A stretch of 64,000 nt of DNA from a virus (lineage: Duplodnaviria; Caudoviricetes). How positions within the stretch are numbered: the first letter of the stretch is position 1; the number at the start of each line of letters is the position of its first letter. A program made the position numbers and the translations under genes. The stretch spans positions 1-64,000 of IMG/VR virus record IMGVR_UViG_3300037461_000547; one strand, written 5' to 3'. Shown here piece by piece: positions 48,091 to 58,014 of the stretch. Under the pieces are notes generated by a model. The model worked only from the letters and a program-made list of their open reading frames with translations. It was not told where the DNA came from and did no database searches.

Positions 48091-49959
48091 TTATACTGTA
48101 CGAACTTGCTCATGGTCAATTCCTTTGAATAGACTTCGAATGTCATCTATACTTTGTTTTTGTAAATCACGTTTCTTTTTCAAGTTATTTAATACATATT
48201 CATCAGTCGGCAGGTGAAGAATATCGATTATAGTTGCACCACGATTGGTGTCCATCCCTACTCTATGGATACGGTCCTCTGACTGTATTCTGGATTCAGC
48301 ATTAAAATCATTGCTGAAATAAATAATGGACGGTGAGGCCGTAAGCGTTAGACCCATGCCACCGGACCCTGGCTGACCAATAAATGCGAGCCTTGGGAAT
48401 TGTTTTTCTAACAATTCTTTATCTGGATGCGACGCATCCATAGCTTGTAGTAGTTTTTTGTCATCTGGGAAGGGGTGGCCATCGCAGTCCACACACTCGA
48501 TTCCTCTACCGTCCATTTTTATATACGCCCAATGGAAGCGTCTACAAATCTTCATTATACGTTCAATTGATCCTTGAAATCCCGCATAAATAACGGCACG
48601 TCCGACCTCACTGTGTTCGTCAAGAAGATCGATTAAAGCACGTTCTTTAGGACTATCAACTTCAGCAATTGTACGTTCTTTTTTCACTTGTTCACCTGTG
48701 CCTTTACAATTAGGGCAAGTTTCGGTTTGTTCATTTATCGTGTATGTTCTTTTTCCATGACAAAGTTCACAAACTTCTTTACCGACTACAGTTTCCTGAT
48801 ACTGAAAGCCGTCGGACAATTCCCGTAAAAGTATAAGACACTGTGCAGCTCGCGGCGTTTTTGTTGCAATAAGACTTGCCGCACGTAAAATACTCGGTGT
48901 TGGGTCGACACGAACGATTCGATAAATCTTATCAGGTAAGTCCAAACAATCTTTCTTAAAGATTACTTGAACCAAACCCCGCATCCGTTTTCCCAATCGA
49001 GCAACTTCATCCACAGACGGTTCAAAAGTATGTCCATCTGAAGATAAATGAATCTCACTCATTAACTCTTGACCACAAATATTACACAATTTAGGGTTAT
49101 TGCGCCATGTAACAAGATGTGGATAAACACCACCTGTTATGGATTCGCGTTCCTCAATAATAGCAAGAGTCTTTTTGAATAAAAATTGGTCACCTTCTTT
49201 AAGAAATCCTGGGCAAGCGACCTCAGCTTGATGCCACCAATCAACGGGGCTTTTAGGCGCTGGCGACCCTGACAACAGAACAATGTACCCTGAATCTTCC
49301 CACGCACCGCGTATTGCGTTTGCTAAATGTAAAGCGGCTTCCGAGCGTTGGGCGGTAGGATTTTTAATTCTCGAAGATTCATCAAAAACTACACCGTGTG
49401 GTGGCGGTGTACCATTTTGCCAAGCACTTAGGACAGATTTAAGACCTTCGTAAGTCAACAGGCGGGGACGAACCGAAGCCTGCCATTTAATCAATTCCAA
49501 TTCAACTGATTTCAAAGCAGACTTCGGCCCAATCCACCACCAATCAGTGTGGCCAGATTGTTCCATAACCTCAATACCAGCCAATGTTTTTCCAGTTCCC
49601 ATCTCTGCGGCCTCGATACAGTGTTTAACAGTCAAAATGTGGCTGACCATTAAACGCTGGTGTTCATATAAAGACCGTTTCGGTGTAACTTCAATCAAAG
49701 GTTGGTCATAGCGGGCGTAAGGATTTTTTCCCTCAAGATAACTTATTTGGAATCGGTTACGCGGGGAGTTGGTAACTGACCATATTTTTTGAGGATTGGC
49801 TTCATCGAAACCGTGCCAACGGCATCCTTGCATATTTTTTATTTCGTCTTTTAATATCTTGTTATATTTGAATTTGAAAAATATTCTATCGTCCGCTATC
49901 AATAACGTGACAGGAATCATGAATTTACCTGCCCGCAATTTTGTGTTATGTTCAATCAT
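48091..49959 (-). CDS. SNF2-like SF2 helicase
   Basis: AEMGTGKT, VFDESS, LLSGSP, GGMGLTLT, QSEDRIHRVG; zinc-finger insertions. Confidence 0.9.
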   Translation of the reverse strand: MIEHNTKLRAGKFMIPVTLLIADDRIFFKFKYNKILKDEIKNMQGCRWHGFDEANPQKIWSVTNSPRNRFQISYLEGKNPYARYDQPLIEVTPKRSLYEHQRLMVSHILTVKHCIEAAEMGTGKTLAGIEVMEQSGHTDWWWIGPKSALKSVELELIKWQASVRPRLLTYEGLKSVLSAWQNGTPPPHGVVFDESSRIKNPTAQRSEAALHLANAIRGAWEDSGYIVLLSGSPAPKSPVDWWHQAEVACPGFLKEGDQFLFKKTLAIIEERESITGGVYPHLVTWRNNPKLCNICGQELMSEIHLSSDGHTFEPSVDEVARLGKRMRGLVQVIFKKDCLDLPDKIYRIVRVDPTPSILRAASLIATKTPRAAQCLILLRELSDGFQYQETVVGKEVCELCHGKRTYTINEQTETCPNCKGTGEQVKKERTIAEVDSPKERALIDLLDEHSEVGRAVIYAGFQGSIERIMKICRRFHWAYIKMDGRGIECVDCDGHPFPDDKKLLQAMDASHPDKELLEKQFPRLAFIGQPGSGGMGLTLTASPSIIYFSNDFNAESRIQSEDRIHRVGMDTNRGATIIDILHLPTDEYVLNNLKKKRDLQKQSIDDIRSLFKGIDHEQVRTV

Positions 49960-49969
49960 GGTTTCGCCT

Positions 49970-50473
49970 TTATATATCTATAATCAAAGTTCCGTCACTG
50001 TGTTTTCGTCGTGTTGCTTTAGGCCAAAGATTCAAACGTAAGTTGATAAAATGTAAAAAACATTTGTTGAGGGTCAAGCGTACATCATTGGGCACTGATG
50101 CTGCGCATCCGATATAGATGGCTTGTTGCCATTCCATTAAATTGCCTGTGAAGATTGCTAAGTTCCATGTCCTATCAATCTCAACTGTGCAAGTATGTAT
50201 AGGTGTTTTTTCCATTACAAACACAACGGTCTCAAACAAACATCTTACAATAAAGGAAACATGGATATGTCCCCAAACGTGATTGTAGTAATCAGCGTCT
50301 TTGACACCGGTTAGGGCTTGTAGTGTCAAAAGCAAAGCATTGGGGTCATCCAATTGAACGCCGTTTGAATCTAATACCCGTGTTGGACTGTTGCCAAGAC
50401 TCTCTTGAACAAGGTCAATGTACTCTTGCCAATTAGGGATTGGCAACATCAAAATCTTGACAACATTTTCCAT
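49970..50473 (-). CDS. Hypothetical protein
   Basis: 167 aa ORF in operon; no recognised motif. Confidence 0.55.
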   Translation of the reverse strand: MENVVKILMLPIPNWQEYIDLVQESLGNSPTRVLDSNGVQLDDPNALLLTLQALTGVKDADYYNHVWGHIHVSFIVRCLFETVVFVMEKTPIHTCTVEIDRTWNLAIFTGNLMEWQQAIYIGCAASVPNDVRLTLNKCFLHFINLRLNLWPKATRRKHSDGTLIIDI

Positions 50474-50476
50474 CTA

Positions 50477-51157
50477 TTATCTCTCTCTATCAGATGGGGC
50501 GGCTTCAGCAATCTCGACACCAGAATCCTTAGGAGGATTCTTAAATTTTTCCAATGCCTTTAGGAACTTTTCGGGCGTAGGATTGTGGAAAGGCGTTGAA
50601 CATTGTGTGACAATGGGTGCATGCCATTTGTACCGTTTAGTTTCAACTAAAGTAGATTTCAATGTGGCTGGCCCTGGTGCATTATTTTCTTCATCGATGA
50701 AACTACGTACTTTTTTGGCTTCACGTTGTGCAGATTTACTCGCCATATAAAACGTCGCAAACGTTTCGATTTGCGGAATCCAAAGTAAAAATTCCACACC
50801 ACACATACAGCCAGAGTCCTTAACACCGGACTGCGCACGAATACGACTGAAATTGGGGTCAGAGGGATTATAGACGCTAATCACAGTTTCATCAGCTACT
50901 TGCATAGCTTTGAGACGCCATGAACAAACAAGCACGTCAATCTCTTTACCTAAAACTTGAAAATCATCTTTAGTGGCAATGAAAACATACTCTCCAACAT
51001 TAGCATCACCACTTTGTACCAACCCTGAATTTCCAGTCATGAGTTGAACGCGCGGGAAAAAATCACCCGCTGTAATAACTGAATCAAACGCGTCAATTTG
51101 GTCTTGATTTACAAGTGTACCTGATTCTGTGTTCAAAGCAAGAGCATTTTCTTCCAT
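50477..51157 (-). CDS. Putative ssDNA-binding / recombination protein
   Basis: FPRVQLMTGNS...GEY beta-rich core and acidic tail in the replication module; synteny-based. Confidence 0.45.
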   Translation of the reverse strand: MEENALALNTESGTLVNQDQIDAFDSVITAGDFFPRVQLMTGNSGLVQSGDANVGEYVFIATKDDFQVLGKEIDVLVCSWRLKAMQVADETVISVYNPSDPNFSRIRAQSGVKDSGCMCGVEFLLWIPQIETFATFYMASKSAQREAKKVRSFIDEENNAPGPATLKSTLVETKRYKWHAPIVTQCSTPFHNPTPEKFLKALEKFKNPPKDSGVEIAEAAPSDRER

Positions 51158-51248
51158 ATGTTTTTCCTTTGTTTGTAAAAAGCGAGTGCTCTGATAACTA
51201 ACACAGAGCACTCGCAATATTAAATGAAAATGATTTATCGAATCTGTT

Positions 51249-52208
51249 TTACTTTGTCAAGTTTGCTTCAATCTCAACAGCTTTCTTTGCAGCATCTGCA
51301 GCTTTCTGTTTTTCACGTTCAGCTTTCCGACGTTGCTTGGCTTCTTCTCTTGAACGTTTTCGCTGTTCATCTAAAATCTGTGCAGCTTCAATCGACTTCT
51401 GATCAAGATGCAGTACCCACTGTAGCGTCAGCATCGCGGCATCCACAGGATTCTTAACCCCAAACTCTTTAATAAGAGCTGGAAGAATCTGCGGGGTCGT
51501 CAATTCAGATTTGAGGACAGAAACTTTCTGGAGGTGTGCAATCGGAACAAACTCAGCAGCTTCAACTTTCTTACCCTGCCGACGGGCTTCCCGAATCTCT
51601 TTTGCGCGTTGCTGAATGAGGGGTACAAACTCATTGGGCTTCATCGTTTGTGCCCTATCAACGAAGGCAGCTTGTTCATCCGGCGGGAGTTTAGCAAGGG
51701 CATACGCGTTGGAAAGATTGATTTTTTCCTCATCGACAAGTGCGCCGATATTCTTGTCAAGGCGAAGTAAGCCAAGACGCTCGCCAACCCAAGTAGGACT
51801 CTTTGACAATTTTGTAGCCAGCTCGGAAATTGTCATTGTCGCGTTGCAACCCAAAATCTTCTGCAACTGTTTGCTGTACTCGACGGGCTTAGTTTCAATG
51901 CGGTGAACATTTGCTAAGACCTGTGCCTCAAGGACTTGTGCGTCCGAGAGTTTCATAATGTGAACTGGGATTTCGGGAATCCCTGCGTCACAGCACGCCG
52001 AAAAACGCTGGAGACCATCAACCAACTCAAAGAAATCTTTGCCGTCAACACTCTTGGGGCGGACAACGATCGGGTTCAATAATCCGTTCTGTTTGATTGA
52101 CGCCATCAAATTTTGATAATCTTCAGCTTCCTTGTTTACGCCACGCAAAGCAACTTCATTCGGGACGATTTCGGTAATCGCAATTGTTTTAACTTCTGTC
52201 TTTTGCAT
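51249..52208 (-). CDS. ParB/RepB/Spo0J family protein
   Basis: LMASIKQNGLLNPIVVRP...LVDGLQRFSA...VLANVHR, HTH MTISELATKLSKSPTWV. Confidence 0.85.
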   Translation of the reverse strand: MQKTEVKTIAITEIVPNEVALRGVNKEAEDYQNLMASIKQNGLLNPIVVRPKSVDGKDFFELVDGLQRFSACCDAGIPEIPVHIMKLSDAQVLEAQVLANVHRIETKPVEYSKQLQKILGCNATMTISELATKLSKSPTWVGERLGLLRLDKNIGALVDEEKINLSNAYALAKLPPDEQAAFVDRAQTMKPNEFVPLIQQRAKEIREARRQGKKVEAAEFVPIAHLQKVSVLKSELTTPQILPALIKEFGVKNPVDAAMLTLQWVLHLDQKSIEAAQILDEQRKRSREEAKQRRKAEREKQKAADAAKKAVEIEANLTK

Positions 52209-52251
52209 TTTGAATGTTACTCCAATAAATAGTGTTAATTTTCTTTTTCCC

Positions 52252-52578
52252 GATTCACTGAATCATATTGCCCTAACTCTGAAATCAAATCCAACGATGT
52301 GATTGCCCAATCGTAATCGTGGGATTACAGTGAATAAAGGGGCTTTCATTATATTATCGCCGAAAATGGCGTACATTTTCAGAAAATAAAAAAATTATTT
52401 TCTATTTTTGCATATAATAGAACACGCGGGCGCGACTGTTTTTCAAATCCTTTTTTATATACATTTTATTTTATTTTATTTTATATATAAAGGATTGAAA
52501 AATAGTAATCGGGTCGGCGATAATATAGGGGCGATATATACTTTTGAGTTAATCGAATCAACTTTTGATTCGATTTGC
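52252..52578. promoter_or_regulatory. Divergent control region / candidate replication origin
   Basis: GATTCACTGAATC at 52252-52264; (ATTTT)n tract flanked by imperfect IR at 52441-52500; AATCGAATCA-N5-TGATTCGATT at 52551-52575. Confidence 0.6.
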
Positions 52579-52609
52579 GAACTATTTATTTCCGATTGAA
52601 TGAATCGTA

Positions 52610-55363
52610 ATGAAAGGAAAAGAAATGGCGGTTACAAGAACAACAGCAATTAAAAATTTCCTGATTGCGCGAACACGTCCCGATTTGGCTAATCTCTATG
52701 ATATGTCAATGGAGTGCCAAGTTAATGTCGCACAGGATGGCGGTGAAAGGATTGAAGGGACATATAGAGGGCGTCAATGGCATGGATGGTCAAACGGTGT
52801 TCAAACTTGGAAAAGTTTTCGTATCCCGTACAATGCAAATAAAAATCCAGAATATGAAGATGTTGAATTAAAATTCGATTTAGCTGAACATGCTGAAGGC
52901 ATCGGGATGACTGGGTGGGATTGGAAACACAAAGTAAGTAAATGGGTTGCTTTTGACTTCGATGCTATAATCGGCCACACTGGAAGTAAAGCATTAAATA
53001 CACGAAGTGAGATTCAGCAAATCGCGGATGCTGCGTGTGGTATCCCGTGGGTTACTGTAAGATCGTCAACATCTGGAAGTGGATTACATTTGTATGTTTT
53101 TCTTAATCCTGTTGTTAATACGGATAATCACAATGAACATGCTGCCCTCGCGCGTTCTATTTTAGGTGTAATGTCCGCGATGACAGGGTTTGATTTTAGT
53201 GCTAAAGTGGATGCCTGTGGTGGTAATATGTGGGTTTGGCATAGACGTATGACTAACGACGGACTACGATGCACGAAATCGGGTGTAGCTTTGTCTGAAG
53301 TACCTGTTAATTGGAGAGACCATCTTAATGTTATTTCAGGACAACGGAAAAAGACGATTCCAAACAATTTACAAAACATTCCAACAAGAGATGATTCGTC
53401 TAATCTTTCGGAAACTGAACGAATTTTTGAAGAACTCACAGGACAAAGACCGAATATCTTACTTGATATAACACATAAAAAACTCATTGACTTTATACGA
53501 GATTCAGGATACATTTGGTGGTGGGATGCAGACAATCATATGCTTGTTACGCACACATGTGCACTTGCTGATGCACATTTAGCACTCTCACTCAGGGGTC
53601 TTTTTAAGACGTCCTCACCTAATTCTGACCCACACACTCAAAATTGTTTCTGCTTCCCACTTCCCGATGGCGGATGGATTGTCCGACGATTCACACCAGG
53701 TGTTCAGGAAGCAGATACTTGGTCGCAAGATGCTGGAGGTTGGACACGATGTTATTTTAATGTTGAACCTGATTTAAAAACAGCGGCACGTTCTTTTGAA
53801 GGCGTTGAGCATGATAAAAAGGGCTTCATTTTCCGTCATGCCGAGATGGCCGTACGAACCGCAGAAGCCGTAAATGTTTACCCGAATCTCCCGAATTGGG
53901 CGATGGCGCGTGAAGCAACGATTAAACGACACAAAGACGGACGTATGATTTTCGAAATCAAGCGTGAAGCAACTGACCATTATGACGATATGAAAGGATG
54001 GTTGGCCGAAAAAGATGTTTGGCGTAAAATCTTTGATAGAGTTGTTGATGTTGACAGGATGGAGATTGGAAATTTTGACAACATTGTTCGGCATATCGTC
54101 ACTGAATCTGGCGAAGATTGTGGGTGGTCAATTAAATCAGATGAAGTTTGGCGGAGTGAACCGCTTAACCATGTTAAAGTTGCATTGAAATCTATGGGCC
54201 ACAACCCGCAAGAGGTTGACCAAATCTTGGGTTCGAGTATTTTCCAATGTTGGGAATTGGTGAACAGACCCTTTGACCCTGAATATCCTGGGAATAGGAA
54301 ATGGAATAAGGGTGCTGCACAATTTAGATTCACGCCATCACAAACGCGCGACGATTTGAAATATCCGACGTGGGAGAAAATTCTTAATCACGTTGGCATT
54401 GGTTTGGATTCAGCAGTTTCCGACAGTGATTGGTGTAAAACAAACGGAATAATTTCTGGCGCGGATTATCTTATGTGTTGGGTCGCATCTTTATTCCAAG
54501 AGCCCCGCGAACCACTCCCGTATTTATTTTTGCATGGACCGCAGAACAGTGGTAAAAGTATTTTACATGAAGCACTCAGTCTTTTACTCACGACAGGGTA
54601 TCAACGTGCAGATAACTGTTTATCCAGCTCATCGATTTTTAATGGTGAATTGGAAAATGCTGTCATCTGTGTTGTGGAAGAAACAGACTTGAAACGTAAT
54701 AAAGTTGCGTATAACCGTATTAAGGATTGGGTAACATCGAAACATTTGAATATCCGACATCTGTACCGAAGCCCATATCATGTGCCTAACACAACACACT
54801 GGATACATTGTGCTAATGACGCATCTGCTTGTCCTGTATTTGCAGGTGATACACGAATAACAATGTGTTACGTGGATGCATTAAATCCTGGTGACGCAAT
54901 TCCTAAAAAATATTTATTTCCGAAATTAGAGTCTGAAGCGCCAGATTTCTTGGCGCGTGTTTTATTCCTTGAAATTCCAAAAACCAACGACCGTCTAAAT
55001 ATTCCTGTACTGATGACCAGTGATAAGGAATTTTTACAATCACAAAATCAGTCAAGCGTTGAAATGTTTTTCGATGATTGTGCATATTATGTTGAAGGTG
55101 AAATGATTAGTTTTTCTGATGTTTATGAAAAGTTTCTTGAATGGCTTGACCCCGCTGAAATTCACGATTGGTCGAAAATTAAATTCGGGCGTGAGTTACC
55201 TTCAGTATATCCTAAAGGACGTAGGATTTCTGATGGTACACACTGGATTGGGAATCTGTCTTTCGAACCTAAAGAATCCACAGCCCCAAAACTGATTGTA
55301 CGTCAAGGAAAACTTGTCCCTGCAGGAGAACATAGCGATGGCACGACCAATAAACAAGAATAA
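52610..55363 (+). CDS. Primase-helicase (primase-polymerase N-terminus, SF3/D5-like helicase)
   Basis: FDFD and SGSGLHLY AEP-like motifs; HGPQNSGKS Walker A; VVEE Walker B. Confidence 0.75.
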   Translation: MKGKEMAVTRTTAIKNFLIARTRPDLANLYDMSMECQVNVAQDGGERIEGTYRGRQWHGWSNGVQTWKSFRIPYNANKNPEYEDVELKFDLAEHAEGIGMTGWDWKHKVSKWVAFDFDAIIGHTGSKALNTRSEIQQIADAACGIPWVTVRSSTSGSGLHLYVFLNPVVNTDNHNEHAALARSILGVMSAMTGFDFSAKVDACGGNMWVWHRRMTNDGLRCTKSGVALSEVPVNWRDHLNVISGQRKKTIPNNLQNIPTRDDSSNLSETERIFEELTGQRPNILLDITHKKLIDFIRDSGYIWWWDADNHMLVTHTCALADAHLALSLRGLFKTSSPNSDPHTQNCFCFPLPDGGWIVRRFTPGVQEADTWSQDAGGWTRCYFNVEPDLKTAARSFEGVEHDKKGFIFRHAEMAVRTAEAVNVYPNLPNWAMAREATIKRHKDGRMIFEIKREATDHYDDMKGWLAEKDVWRKIFDRVVDVDRMEIGNFDNIVRHIVTESGEDCGWSIKSDEVWRSEPLNHVKVALKSMGHNPQEVDQILGSSIFQCWELVNRPFDPEYPGNRKWNKGAAQFRFTPSQTRDDLKYPTWEKILNHVGIGLDSAVSDSDWCKTNGIISGADYLMCWVASLFQEPREPLPYLFLHGPQNSGKSILHEALSLLLTTGYQRADNCLSSSSIFNGELENAVICVVEETDLKRNKVAYNRIKDWVTSKHLNIRHLYRSPYHVPNTTHWIHCANDASACPVFAGDTRITMCYVDALNPGDAIPKKYLFPKLESEAPDFLARVLFLEIPKTNDRLNIPVLMTSDKEFLQSQNQSSVEMFFDDCAYYVEGEMISFSDVYEKFLEWLDPAEIHDWSKIKFGRELPSVYPKGRRISDGTHWIGNLSFEPKESTAPKLIVRQGKLVPAGEHSDGTTNKQE

Positions 55364-55853
55364 AATGACGTTTTATCCACAGATGATACCAATCTTAAAA
55401 GCCGCAGCGTTTTTAACATGGAAGGCACACAAAGTTTTAATGCAAGAAGTAGGTATAGATGAGGATGATCTTATTCAAATTGGATGGTTGCGCGTAGGTA
55501 GATTTCTTAAATCTGAAGAACAATTAAAATACATGTTCTTAAACGCAAAATCTTGTATGTTTCGTTACTTAGTTTACATGCATGCTAAACGCAATCGTCT
55601 TACATTAGTAAGGATACCTGACTTGTCTGAAGATATGTCACATAAACTGGCTTCAAAAGATAAAATAGAAATACCTGTGATTCAACAACTTTTAGAGTTA
55701 AAACAATTAACAGACAGACATAAAAGTATTCTATATTATTTCTACATTAAAAAACACACATTAAAGGAAATAGGTGAAATTTTAGGTATTAGTCGTGAAC
55801 GTGTCAGACAATTAAAAAGAGAGGCGTTGCAAATTAGTAGAGGACTATTATGA
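55338..55853 (+). CDS. Sigma-70-like factor (region 4 HTH)
   Basis: TLKEIGEILGISRERVRQLKREAL; EDDLIQIGW region-2-like. Confidence 0.7.
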   Translation: MARPINKNKMTFYPQMIPILKAAAFLTWKAHKVLMQEVGIDEDDLIQIGWLRVGRFLKSEEQLKYMFLNAKSCMFRYLVYMHAKRNRLTLVRIPDLSEDMSHKLASKDKIEIPVIQQLLELKQLTDRHKSILYYFYIKKHTLKEIGEILGISRERVRQLKREALQISRGLL

Positions 55854-56377
55854 TGAACGATGTTAAAGACAGTGGTGAACGAAGAACGTTTGAAACAGGT
55901 GCACAACGTGATCGTGCGTTTGGTAAGGGTCTACCAACTTTAATAAGTCCAATTTTTGTACGAGATTTAATTGCAAAAACAAATCCCGGACCTTTGGAAG
56001 GGGATTTATTGGCGCTTGATATTGCCTATGAAATTCTTGAAACTGGTGATTGGACTAAAGCATTAGACATCTTCGATGCACTCACATCGGACTATCCTTC
56101 GGGTCTACGTTTATTATCTTACCAGTTAGAGAAAGGTGCTGCGAAATATAGTGCAAGGAATTGGGAAAAAGGCATGCCTTTGGAAGAATATCTGAACTCT
56201 TTGATTCGCCACATCCTTGCAGTTATAGAGGGTAAAAATGATGAACCACATTTAGACGCGGCGCTTTTCAATGCGATGGCACTTTATCATACAGGTAAAA
56301 TGATTCAACGTTGTTTGCTACCTTCTACGCTGGATAATTTGCCGAAACCAATCAATTATGTAAGAGAGATAATTTAA
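55850..56377 (+). CDS. dATP/dGTP diphosphohydrolase domain protein (DUF5664-like)
   Basis: KDSGERRTFETGAQRD, GAAKYSARNWEKG, SLIRH, EPHLDAALFN. Confidence 0.75.
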   Translation: MMNDVKDSGERRTFETGAQRDRAFGKGLPTLISPIFVRDLIAKTNPGPLEGDLLALDIAYEILETGDWTKALDIFDALTSDYPSGLRLLSYQLEKGAAKYSARNWEKGMPLEEYLNSLIRHILAVIEGKNDEPHLDAALFNAMALYHTGKMIQRCLLPSTLDNLPKPINYVREII

Positions 56378-56572
56378 TGGACTTCTATGTTGAACAATCA
56401 AACTATCAACCTGATGTGCTGTGTCCTAATTGCAGGTGTTCACTTGCTGTTGAAGATTTAAGATGTTATGAGGGCAAAGTGGATTGTGAAGAAAAACACA
56501 CGTGTTCATGTTGTGGGCTTCCGTACAACTTAATATGTAGGATAGAAACGATTTATGAAACGGAGAAAGTAA

Positions 56573-57136
56573 ATGACTGAGACATTCGACTTATTGGCAG
56601 CTTTTGCAGATTTGGATAATCTGACAAAACTACCACCCAACAAAATACTCTATTCCAACGGTAACTATGATGAATGTTATACACCGCCGTATGCTGTATA
56701 TCCGCTTGTGAAATATGTCCCCAAAGATACTATTATTTGGTGCCCGTTCGATACGCTTGAAAGTGCATTTGTTAAAATTTTAAGTAAAACAAACATTGTA
56801 TTTAGGAGCCATATTTCAGATGGTCAGGATTTTTATACATTCACACCGCCCATTCATTGGGACATGATTATAAGTAATCCGCCATTCACAAATAAAAGAC
56901 AGATATTTGAGCGTGCGTTGTCGTTTGGAAAACCTTTTGCTTTGTTAATGTCTAACACATGGCTCAATGACGCAGCACCTAAACAAATATTCAAACATAA
57001 AGATTTGCAACTTTTAATGTTTGAAGAACGTATTGATTTTACAGGTACTGAAAAAATACCATTTAGTAGTAGTTATTTTTGTTGGAATTTTTTACCCAAA
57101 CAAATTATAATGGAAAGTTTGAAAGGATATTTATGA
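56573..57136 (+). CDS. N6-adenine methyltransferase (small phage type)
   Basis: DECYTP, IWCPFD, IISNPPF. Confidence 0.75.
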   Translation: MTETFDLLAAFADLDNLTKLPPNKILYSNGNYDECYTPPYAVYPLVKYVPKDTIIWCPFDTLESAFVKILSKTNIVFRSHISDGQDFYTFTPPIHWDMIISNPPFTNKRQIFERALSFGKPFALLMSNTWLNDAAPKQIFKHKDLQLLMFEERIDFTGTEKIPFSSSYFCWNFLPKQIIMESLKGYL

Positions 57137-58014
57137 CTGAGAAATTCGACTTATTGGCAGCCTTTGCAGATTTGGATAAATCAGACGAAACACGGGAAAC
57201 AATTCTTCGTGCGCCGTTCAGTTATCCAGGCGGTAAATCGCGCTCTGTGGAAACAATTACACAACATTTACCGATTAAAAAGATTTACGTTGAACCGTTT
57301 GGCGGAAGTGGCGCTGTTCTTCTTGCACGCCAGAAAAGCAAATTAGAGATATTCAATGATAGATATGCAGGCGTTGTTGCACTATATCGTGTTATCCGAG
57401 ACCCGCAAAAGTTAGAACAATTCCTTGACAGGATGCGTGCAATCATACACTCACGTGAGGAGTTTCGATGGTGTAAGGATACCTGGAAGACATGTGCAGA
57501 TGATGTTGAACGGGCAGCACGTTGGTATTATATGACAATGTGTTCTTTCAGTTCTTTAGGGAGAAACTTCGGACGCTCAACGTCGGGTTCTAATAATATG
57601 ATGTCAAAAATCAGAAATAAATTCCCAGATTTCTGGCCACTTCACGACCGCATCAAGGACGTTACTTTCGAAAATCAGGATTGGGAACAAATAGTGTATG
57701 ACTATGATAATGAAGATGCTGTCTTTTATATGGACCCACCATATCTAACTGCATATAAAGGCACATACAAACATGAAATGACGTATGATGAACACCGGCA
57801 CTTGCTTGATGTAATTATGAAAATGAAAGCGTTTGTTGCAGTAAGTGGTTTTAGTAATGAACTTTACGACAGTTATAAGTGGGATGAAAAATATACTTGG
57901 GATGTTAACCAATCGATTAAAGCTATGGCTTTCCATGAAGAAAATTATAAGGCAGAATTGAAAGATTTAGCAACACGTGAAACACAGGAGGAAGTTTTGT
58001 GGATAAAGCATTAG
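57133..58014 (+). CDS. Dam-like (D12 class) DNA adenine methyltransferase
   Basis: FSYPGGKS, YVEPFGGSG, YMDPPY. Confidence 0.9.
   Translation: MTEKFDLLAAFADLDKSDETRETILRAPFSYPGGKSRSVETITQHLPIKKIYVEPFGGSGAVLLARQKSKLEIFNDRYAGVVALYRVIRDPQKLEQFLDRMRAIIHSREEFRWCKDTWKTCADDVERAARWYYMTMCSFSSLGRNFGRSTSGSNNMMSKIRNKFPDFWPLHDRIKDVTFENQDWEQIVYDYDNEDAVFYMDPPYLTAYKGTYKHEMTYDEHRHLLDVIMKMKAFVAVSGFSNELYDSYKWDEKYTWDVNQSIKAMAFHEENYKAELKDLATRETQEEVLWIKH

Noticed and set aside
18010-52208. Temperate or plasmid-prophage lifestyle
   Set aside because: No integrase, repressor-like gene or ParA was identified in this window, so lifestyle cannot be called.
55850-56377. 2-aminoadenine (Z) genome pathway
   Set aside because: A DUF5664-like gene alone is insufficient; no purZ is in the window, and adenine MTases argue for normal adenine.
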